Source of the DNA: an uncultured euryarchaeote | GTDB taxonomy: Archaea > Thermoplasmatota > Poseidoniia > Poseidoniales > Poseidoniaceae | DNA length: 54,690 bases | NCBI GenBank assembly: GCA_937911345.1 | Contig: CALDPP010000186.1 | Coordinates: 1 to 54,690, forward strand | Reading direction: 5' to 3' | In this document: piece after piece, positions 47,641-54,690 of the stretch | Numbering within the stretch: the stretch's first letter is position 1 | Layout of the letters: every line of letters starts with the position of its first letter | The notes under the pieces: model-generated | Seen by the model: the letters and a program-made list of their open reading frames with translations, nothing else | What the model was told of the DNA's origin: nothing | Database searches by the model: none | Made by a program: the position numbers and the translations under genes

Positions 47641-47745
47641 GGTATCCGGATTGATGGGTAAATAAAGGTATTATGGTTAAATTGCTCTTACAACAAATCA
47701 GCAATAAATCACAATTGCTTAGTTATATGAAAATCTCGGAAGTTT

Positions 47746-49266
47746 GTGAGCGCAGGTATCTCGAAGGTGAATGTACCAGTTCAAGACCGCGTAATGCTCC
47801 ACTTATTGGAAAATGATGTACAGGCAGATAGATACTTTGTCGGCCCTGAGTTAACTAGACCTGGAATTGCAGAATCATGCGCGCTACATCCGCCAAATGT
47901 CAGCAGAACCATGAGAGAACTCTTGAAAAAAAACATGGTATCAGAACATACAAGAAACATCAAAGGCGATGACAGAAGGCAAAAGACTTGGCAACTCACG
48001 GACGAGGGTAGAGAAAAAGTCATCCAGATAAAGGAAAAACTGTCTTCGACAATGATTGTGATTCGTGATGGTAACGGAGATCTGTTAGAACTCGAAGCGG
48101 CAACAGTACCAGATAGACTTGATGCTAACATTTCACTGCTTCAAGTTTTAATGCACGCTCAGCATGAAGGGGTCTTGACATACGGTGACATTAGATTTGG
48201 TGCGATAACTAATCGGAGTGATGATGAGAACTCAAATTCGCCAGGACGACTGAAAGCACTAACAGGTGTCCATGCGACGTACAACAATCAGCCACCAGAA
48301 ACCCGGGTAGTTCATGGTCGAAATGAACAATTTACCGAACTAGATCTGTGGTTCAAAGAGCGCAAGCCGTGCATGGTAGTTCATGGAATTGCAGGTATAG
48401 GGAAGTCCACATTAGTGGCTCACTGGCTTAATCAACAAATGGAAAAAGCTCCTAATTTGTCGGTCTGCTGGTACCCTTGCCAACCTTGGGACACATCTCT
48501 CGGGTTAGCAACCAGTTTACTTCACAGATTTGGTATTGATGAATCGCATGATCCATACAACTTGATTGAAACCCTGCCACTCAATCCAGGTGGTCAAGTA
48601 GATGTAGACATGCTTAGGAGGAGGCTATTGGCTTATTTGACCGATGCCAGAACAATCCGTGAGCGTTTCAAAGACGAACCTGGAGGACCTCCTCCATACT
48701 GGTTAATTGTGCTGGATGATGTTCATCACATCGAAGAAAATTCAGCAAAATTACTCGGTGCTATGTTGCAGATTTCGCAACAATCTCCTTTGCGAATAAT
48801 GATGATTTCTCGAAGTCGCCCTTCAGTTTATGACCGCAGAGATGTTCATACCAGAGACTTAGTTTCAGAGCTAGCGCTGAAAGGTCTATCGATAAATGAA
48901 ATGGAAGACTGGATGAAAGAGCTTGAGATTTCTGAAGATTTAGAGGCTGTTTTTCAAAAAACAGGTGGTCACCCATTAGCATTGGAATTGTTTGAACTGT
49001 ATGGTCAATCTGTCCACATAGATTGGCTACAGTTCCTTGACGATGAGATTTTGTTCAAATTACCAGATGATGAAAAACGATTACTAACCATCCTAGCGAA
49101 TTATGACAAACCGCTAACTTGGGAAGAATTAGCAAAGCAATCAGATTGGGACGGCCCACCTCCAAGAGGGTTAATTTCGTATGGTATTCTAATCGAACTA
49201 GAAGATGGAATGTGGCTTCATGAAGCACTCAGAGAGCGGTTACTGAGAGATATTAATCCAAATTAG
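47746..49266 (+). CDS. Winged-HTH plus STAND (NB-ARC/MalT-like) NTPase
   Basis: N-terminal MarR-like wHTH; HGRNE, GIAGIGKS, LIVLDDVH, ISR, GGHPLAL, LHEALRE. Confidence 0.85.
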   Translation: MSAGISKVNVPVQDRVMLHLLENDVQADRYFVGPELTRPGIAESCALHPPNVSRTMRELLKKNMVSEHTRNIKGDDRRQKTWQLTDEGREKVIQIKEKLSSTMIVIRDGNGDLLELEAATVPDRLDANISLLQVLMHAQHEGVLTYGDIRFGAITNRSDDENSNSPGRLKALTGVHATYNNQPPETRVVHGRNEQFTELDLWFKERKPCMVVHGIAGIGKSTLVAHWLNQQMEKAPNLSVCWYPCQPWDTSLGLATSLLHRFGIDESHDPYNLIETLPLNPGGQVDVDMLRRRLLAYLTDARTIRERFKDEPGGPPPYWLIVLDDVHHIEENSAKLLGAMLQISQQSPLRIMMISRSRPSVYDRRDVHTRDLVSELALKGLSINEMEDWMKELEISEDLEAVFQKTGGHPLALELFELYGQSVHIDWLQFLDDEILFKLPDDEKRLLTILANYDKPLTWEELAKQSDWDGPPPRGLISYGILIELEDGMWLHEALRERLLRDINPN

Positions 49267-49592
49267 AAATCATCAGCAGTCATGTGCTGATCAATCCAAT
49301 TGAGCAATGCAGGCTTTGGCATAGCACCGCTTTGTTTTGCCACAAGGTTACCATTGTGGTACAGGAATAATGCAGGGATTCCTCTGACGCCCAACTTGCC
49401 GGCATTAGCAGGATTCGAATCGGTATCTACTTTCGCAATTAGGATTTCTCTCTCACTTGCAACTTGTTCAAGAACTGGGGCTAATGCTTTACAAGGTCCG
49501 CACCATGGAGCCCAGAAATCTACGAGCACCCATTCACTATCTTTGATTGAATTTTCATACTCAGAATCGGTTACTGACCTTACTTCACCCAT
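49263..49592 (-). CDS. trxA: Thioredoxin
   Basis: DFWAPWCGPC, GIP. Confidence 0.96.
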   Translation of the reverse strand: MGEVRSVTDSEYENSIKDSEWVLVDFWAPWCGPCKALAPVLEQVASEREILIAKVDTDSNPANAGKLGVRGIPALFLYHNGNLVAKQSGAMPKPALLNWIDQHMTADDF

Positions 49593-49703
49593 GTTCTCAC
49601 TAAGTCACCCTAGGACAGGAGCATTAAGAGACTTTGTGCGGCTGAAAATACAGTTTTTAGCACAATGCTCTTGAGAATCCAACATTTGGCCGAGACTGTT
49701 CAC

Positions 49704-50378
49704 ATGATAATCGCACCGAGTATTCTAACTGCAGACCTCTCAAATTTGGCTGAATCTTGCAAAGAGGCAGTTGATGCAGGCCTCGACAGACTTCATTTGG
49801 ACGTTATGGACGGTAACTTTGTGCCAAATATGACCTTTGGCCCACCAGTAATCAAGTCGTTACGCAAATCTCTACCAGAGCATGTTATTTTCGATGCACA
49901 TCTTATGATAACCAATGCTGAAGATTGTTACATGGATTATATCGATGCAGGTTGTAATCATCTTTCAGTACATGTTGAAGCAGCAACTCACCTTCATAGA
50001 CTAGTTACCGCAATTAGAGATGCAGGCGCTACAGTAGGAGTAGTTCTCAACCCAGCAACATCATTAGATGCGATTACCGAAATATTGCCTGAAATTGATT
50101 TAGTGCTAGTAATGAGCGTCAATCCAGGTTTTGGCGGCCAATCATTTATTTCGTCAGTAGAGGGTAAAATTAGACGCCTAAAGTCAATGATTGACGAGCA
50201 AGTGAAAACCGGCGGCAGGCCAGTCCAAATTCAGATTGATGGTGGAATAAAATCCCACAACATCGCCATGGTAGGAGAATGGGGCGTGTCGAATTGTGTA
50301 GTTGGATCTGGACTGTTTAATGACCGAGGTACTGTAAAAGAAAATCTAGCAATATTACAAACAGCCCTTGAAGTATGA
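49704..50378 (+). CDS. rpe: Ribulose-phosphate 3-epimerase
   Basis: IAPSIL, HLDVMDG, DAHLM, MSVNPGFGGQ, IDGG; start moved to ATG 49704. Confidence 0.96.
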   Translation: MIIAPSILTADLSNLAESCKEAVDAGLDRLHLDVMDGNFVPNMTFGPPVIKSLRKSLPEHVIFDAHLMITNAEDCYMDYIDAGCNHLSVHVEAATHLHRLVTAIRDAGATVGVVLNPATSLDAITEILPEIDLVLVMSVNPGFGGQSFISSVEGKIRRLKSMIDEQVKTGGRPVQIQIDGGIKSHNIAMVGEWGVSNCVVGSGLFNDRGTVKENLAILQTALEV

Positions 50379-50396
50379 TTCAGTTAAGGTGACAAT

Positions 50397-51485
50397 GTGC
50401 GAATTCTCGTTGTTTCACTTATGTACCCTCTACCAACGAATGTAGCAAGGGGCACTTTCGTCAGCGATAATGTGGAATTATTGAGGGCGCAAGGTCACGA
50501 AGTAAAAGTTGTCAATCCATTGCCAAGGATGCTCAAATATCAAGAATCAAGGCGCTCAACGCTTACGGGTGTTGCTAAAGCACCTGTGAAATTTGAGCAT
50601 GGAGAAGTCGAAGTATTAGCTCCAAGGTTTTGGGGTTTGCCTGGTCATCCATACCCATCGATTACCATTGGCAGTATGAAACGGATGACAAAAAAAGTAT
50701 CCAACTGGCTCAATGATTGGCAACCACAGATAATCATCTGTCATACTATTTGGCCAGCTGCAGAATTGGCTGGTAGACTTGCAAAACAACTGAGTATTCC
50801 TTGGATTGCTGTAGTTCACGGACACGACTTTGATGTTGGACTCCAAGATTCCAACATCGGCCATCACATCTCTCGCTTGGCCAAACAAGCCAATCAAATT
50901 GTGACAGTTTCACAGCGTCTTGCAGATATTGCCAAGCGAGAGCAAATCACTAATCACAGCGTAATTAGATGCCATACAGCAGTAGAGGATGAATGGCTTA
51001 CAGAGCCTAAGAATTGGCGGGGTCGTTGGCGAAAAGAAAAACTGGACATCTTGTTCCCTGCAGACCCAAGAAGGCCCGAGAAAAATCACTATCTTGCTCT
51101 GCAAACAGGCGAGGAGTTAGAAAGCAGGGGATGGATTGTTGGCATCACTACATTGCGTCAACAGCCGCGGACAATAGTTTGGGATAGGATGCTAGTAGCA
51201 AATGTGACTTTGATTACTTCACTACGCGAATCAGGTCCGTTAGTTGCTAGAGAATCGTTAGCCTGCGGTACTCCTGTAGTATCAGTAAATGTCGGAGATG
51301 TCAAGGATTATTTGCAGGAATTTTGTCTTGTGGAAGATTACGATCCTGTGAAATTAGCCGATGCTATCGAATTAACATTACAACAAGATTGGCAAAAGAA
51401 ATTCGACATGCCGGATAATTATTCACTAGATTATGTCAGTAGTCAGTGGCAAGAATTGCTCTCCAACCACGTGGCACAAACATGA
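50397..51485 (+). CDS. Glycosyltransferase family 4
   Basis: VVHGHD, TVSQ, EKN, ESGPLVARESLACGTPVV (EX7E). Confidence 0.88.
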   Translation: MRILVVSLMYPLPTNVARGTFVSDNVELLRAQGHEVKVVNPLPRMLKYQESRRSTLTGVAKAPVKFEHGEVEVLAPRFWGLPGHPYPSITIGSMKRMTKKVSNWLNDWQPQIIICHTIWPAAELAGRLAKQLSIPWIAVVHGHDFDVGLQDSNIGHHISRLAKQANQIVTVSQRLADIAKREQITNHSVIRCHTAVEDEWLTEPKNWRGRWRKEKLDILFPADPRRPEKNHYLALQTGEELESRGWIVGITTLRQQPRTIVWDRMLVANVTLITSLRESGPLVARESLACGTPVVSVNVGDVKDYLQEFCLVEDYDPVKLADAIELTLQQDWQKKFDMPDNYSLDYVSSQWQELLSNHVAQT

Positions 51486-52902
51486 ATAAAACTAGGCCAC
51501 TCAATGCTAATAATGAGTTTGCGGCAAACCCAAAACAGGTTATTGAAGCAAGAGTTACAGCGGCGAAAAAATCAGTTTTTCGTTGCCGAACGATTACCCA
51601 TAGTTTGGCTAGGTGAATTGATGACAGCAGTAAGAAAGCAGAGGATAGGGTTGATGCAATTGCTGCAGCATAAAGTCCCCAAGTCGGCGAATTTGCCATT
51701 GAACCAATTAATAGGAACCCGATTATTGTGCCAAAAACGACGACAAATCCGATGAACAGCGTAAATTTCCACGGCTTTTCACCAGCCTGTAAAGCGGTAT
51801 AACTTGGCGTAGCGAGCAGAGTTAGGCACCATCCAATCAATAAAATCATGAATAATCCAACAGCTGAAGGACCTATACTACCGTCGGTATATTGCTCAGG
51901 AAAGGCGATAGGAAGTAGAAATCGAATCAACAATGCGCCACCAAACAAACCTATCGGTAATATTCCAAAGCACAAGTCGAGTGACTTTTCAATTGAATTA
52001 AAGAATTTCTTTTCATCACTTCTGTTTTGTCCTAGAATAGGTAATAATGCTGCGCGTAAAGCCTGCGGAACAACTAATCCTGCCAGCCAGGCAATCTGGG
52101 CAACGTGGAATAATGCTGCCGAATCTACCCCCATGGTCCCAGCAACGATGAATTTCTCAATTCTAATCACATAAGGTAGAATTCCAAGTGTTATGGCAAA
52201 CGGGAGCGATTGCAAAATCAGTGATTTGTTATCTATCCAACACTCATCAAGGTCTCGCCATTGATAATTATTTGAGGCTGGTTTCAGTGTAAATCTAGCT
52301 AATAGAATCGCCGAGAGAAGCCCTAATAATGCGCCAATCAAGAATGCAATAGCATAACTTTCGACTGAACTACTGCCCAAGTAATACAGGGCTAAGTAAC
52401 CAGCAACTGCAATCAATCTTTCAATGACTTTTGTGCATGCTTCCATCCATGCATAACCAGCAGCCCGCAAACCAGAACGCGGTGCATAGGAGAAAATGTG
52501 GGCAAGTGCTACCAGCATACATGTTACAATTACCGGGAAATACGAAGTCCAATCATCAAGAATAATGGTTACTCCAAATAATGCGATAACGACGAATGGA
52601 ATCATGCAAATGAATTGAATTCGGTAAATTCGCCAAATTGCCTCCCAGATCTTATTGACACAATTTGCCCCATCGCGAGTCAGTATGGTAGGTAGCCCCA
52701 AATCGATAATGAGAAATGTTGTTGCAAATACATCAAGTGCAATAATGAATATTCCATAATCTTCGGTGATTAAGGCACGCGTTAGTACAACTTGCCCGAT
52801 GAGGGCTAAAAATACGGCTAAGATGTCTGCACCTATCAACCAACTTGAATCCCGGCCCATGTTTAGGTCACGGCCAGTTTCATTAGCCACTGGCTCGGAC
52901 AT
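51436..52902 (-). CDS. Oligosaccharide flippase (Wzx/MOP family)
   Basis: About 12-14 TM; LTRAL..EDYG, DLGL motifs. Confidence 0.85.
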   Translation of the reverse strand: MSEPVANETGRDLNMGRDSSWLIGADILAVFLALIGQVVLTRALITEDYGIFIIALDVFATTFLIIDLGLPTILTRDGANCVNKIWEAIWRIYRIQFICMIPFVVIALFGVTIILDDWTSYFPVIVTCMLVALAHIFSYAPRSGLRAAGYAWMEACTKVIERLIAVAGYLALYYLGSSSVESYAIAFLIGALLGLLSAILLARFTLKPASNNYQWRDLDECWIDNKSLILQSLPFAITLGILPYVIRIEKFIVAGTMGVDSAALFHVAQIAWLAGLVVPQALRAALLPILGQNRSDEKKFFNSIEKSLDLCFGILPIGLFGGALLIRFLLPIAFPEQYTDGSIGPSAVGLFMILLIGWCLTLLATPSYTALQAGEKPWKFTLFIGFVVVFGTIIGFLLIGSMANSPTWGLYAAAIASTLSSAFLLLSSIHLAKLWVIVRQRKTDFFAAVTLASITCFGFAANSLLALSGLVLFMFVPRGWRAILATDY

Positions 52903-52921
52903 ATTCATGCCTTGACCTGTT

Positions 52922-52960
52922 TCATTTGAAAGATACTCTATACCACATGTTCAAATGATG
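52922..52960. promoter_or_regulatory. Back-to-back promoter boxes (TCATTTGAA-N19-TTCAAATGA)
   Basis: 9-bp inverted repeat between divergent flippase and bolA. Confidence 0.5.
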
Positions 52961-52989
52961 GTTTTGTAAGGCGTTGTCGAGGTGCGACG

Positions 52990-53307
52990 ATGGTAGACGC
53001 TAGTTGGGTAGAAGCAGAAGTCTTGAAGGCAGTTCCTAATGCAGTTGTGGAAGTGATTGATTTACACGGCTCAGGTGACCATTTTCACGTTCGAGTTATT
53101 TCGGAAGAATTCGAAGGTGTCAGACCATTACAACGCCAAAAACAAGTTCTTGCGGTAATGAAGCAACATATTCCGCACCCAGTTCACGCACTTGACCTAA
53201 AGTGCATGACTCCAAAGCAAGCTGAAACTGCAGGCGATACTGCATTTGACCCTCACGGTGGTGGACGAGGCGTCCACATCAAAAGAATCATGAAAAATAA
53301 GGAGTGA
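52990..53307 (+). CDS. BolA family protein
   Basis: GDHFHVRVISEEFEG...RQ..V, VHAL; GAGGTG SD. Confidence 0.92.
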   Translation: MVDASWVEAEVLKAVPNAVVEVIDLHGSGDHFHVRVISEEFEGVRPLQRQKQVLAVMKQHIPHPVHALDLKCMTPKQAETAGDTAFDPHGGGRGVHIKRIMKNKE

Positions 53308-53630
53308 AAAATATGGATTGGACAGAAAAAGAATTGCAAGCAATAGTAGACGAACATGCCTTGGTATTGTTTATGAAAGGAACACCTAACAATGCACAGT
53401 GTGGATTTTCTAATCGTGCTGCACAAGCACTACAGCAACTGGGCGAGCCATTCGCGGCAGTCAATATTTTGACAGACCCAAGAGCGATACCATCTGTTTG
53501 CGCTTGGTCTGACTTCCCAACTATGCCACAAATATTCGTTCACGGTGAATTGATTGGTGGCTCTGATATTGCTCTTGAGATGCTACAAGATGGTAGTCTA
53601 AGAGAAATGTTTGATGCTGGTCGTCAATAA
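53304..53630 (+). CDS. grxD: Monothiol (CGFS) glutaredoxin, Grx4/GrxD family
   Basis: LFMKGTP...CGFS, PTMPQIF, GELIGGSD. Confidence 0.93.
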   Translation: MKNMDWTEKELQAIVDEHALVLFMKGTPNNAQCGFSNRAAQALQQLGEPFAAVNILTDPRAIPSVCAWSDFPTMPQIFVHGELIGGSDIALEMLQDGSLREMFDAGRQ

Positions 53631-54690
53631 TCAAACCGGTTTACCAACTGCGTAAGTTTGCCAACCCGCTTTCTCGAGCGAATCTAGGTCAAGAACTCTT
53701 CTTCCATCGTAGATTAGTGGAGTTCTCATTTGAGTATGCAACTTATCCCAGTCGAGACTCAAACAGGCTTTGTGAGCGGTAACCAAAACGGCGATATCGT
53801 AACCCTTTGCGTCAGCAATGTCAGAAATCACCTCAACACCTTCCGGATATTCGCCAAAGTCAATGTGTGGGTCCCAAGTTCCAACTTTCACGCCTTTAGC
53901 AATCAAAGTCTCTGCTAATGGTTCAGCAGGGGTTTCCCTTGGGTCACCAACCTCTGCTTTGTAAGACCATCCAAGTAAGAGAACCTTGGCCTCACCAGCC
54001 GGAACTCCAGCATTCCACATCAAGTCACTTAGCACACCAGCAACGTGACTCGGCATTGAGCGGTTCACCGCTCTAGCTGCAGTAATTAGGCCGGCTGGAA
54101 CTCCAACATCAGCCGCTCTTTGAATCATGTAATAGGGATCGACTGGAATACAGTGACCGCCAACCCCGACACCCGGTGTGTAGCGATGGAAATTCCACTT
54201 TGTTGCTGCGGCAGATAATACATCTTCAACATCAACATCAAGAGCAGGGAAGATTCTTGCTAACTCATTGACTAATGCGATATTGATGTCTCTTTGGACA
54301 TTTTCGATTACTTTAGCAGCCTCGGCAACCTCTAATTTACCGACATAGCGCACATCTTCGGTAGTCAATTTGCTGTATAGTGCGACTAGACTTTCACCAA
54401 CTTTTGGATTTGTGCAACCAATGACTCGGGCAACTTGTCTAACGCCGTGAGCAGGGTCTCCAGGATTGAATCTTTCAGGACAGTAGGCAATTTCTACATC
54501 TTCACCGATTACCAATCCAAGCTCGTCAATTATTGGCAGCCAAGTTTGTGCGGTAACGCCCGGGTAAACGGTTGATTCCAGTACAACAATGGTGTTCGAA
54601 CCTTTTGGAATCGCTTTGAAAACGTCTCTGCCAGCTGCTTCAACATACGATAAATCAGGTTTCAAATCATGAGTGATTGGTGTCGGTACG
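53631..54690 (-). CDS. Nucleotide-sugar dehydrogenase (UDP-ManNAc/GlcNAc dehydrogenase-like), 5' truncated by window edge
   Basis: VPTP at edge, ESTVYPG, YCPER, AEAAKVIEN, GVGGHCIPVDP, GWSYK...DPRETP. Confidence 0.92.
   Translation of the reverse strand, partial: VPTPITHDLKPDLSYVEAAGRDVFKAIPKGSNTIVVLESTVYPGVTAQTWLPIIDELGLVIGEDVEIAYCPERFNPGDPAHGVRQVARVIGCTNPKVGESLVALYSKLTTEDVRYVGKLEVAEAAKVIENVQRDINIALVNELARIFPALDVDVEDVLSAAATKWNFHRYTPGVGVGGHCIPVDPYYMIQRAADVGVPAGLITAARAVNRSMPSHVAGVLSDLMWNAGVPAGEAKVLLLGWSYKAEVGDPRETPAEPLAETLIAKGVKVGTWDPHIDFGEYPEGVEVISDIADAKGYDIAVLVTAHKACLSLDWDKLHTQMRTPLIYDGRRVLDLDSLEKAGWQTYAVGKPV

Noticed and set aside
24442..54690. Single horizontally acquired glycosylation island
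   Set aside because: Sugar genes are dispersed among core genes with no visible boundary or mobility genes

Overview
Gene-dense archaeal chromosomal segment. The gene content (TFB, Rpo12, topo VI A/B, archaeal pantoate kinase and phosphopantothenate synthetase, a bacterial-type acyltransferase, large DxDxDG/CARDB surface proteins) is most consistent with Marine Group II Poseidoniales; this is an inference, not a database result. It holds two tRNAs (Asp-GTC, Arg-CCT) and about 50 CDS, including housekeeping genes, scattered surface-glycan genes and many lineage-specific hypotheticals. No mobile element, CRISPR array or rRNA was seen. Best candidates for new biology: (1) a 1714-aa surface protein with an integrin-like layout (7-blade propeller with an inserted MIDAS VWA domain, Ig-like legs, TM, short tail), plus a separate WD40/thrombospondin-type-3-repeat surface protein with two RGD motifs; (2) an SdhA-fold flavoprotein lacking the dicarboxylate-binding residues; (3) a STAND NTPase with no sensor domain and a membrane-tethered double-wHTH regulator; (4) PIP-box-like motifs in Top6B and in an unknown winged-helix protein; (5) a non-canonical TTCA-type TATA-position box 19-22 nt before many start codons.
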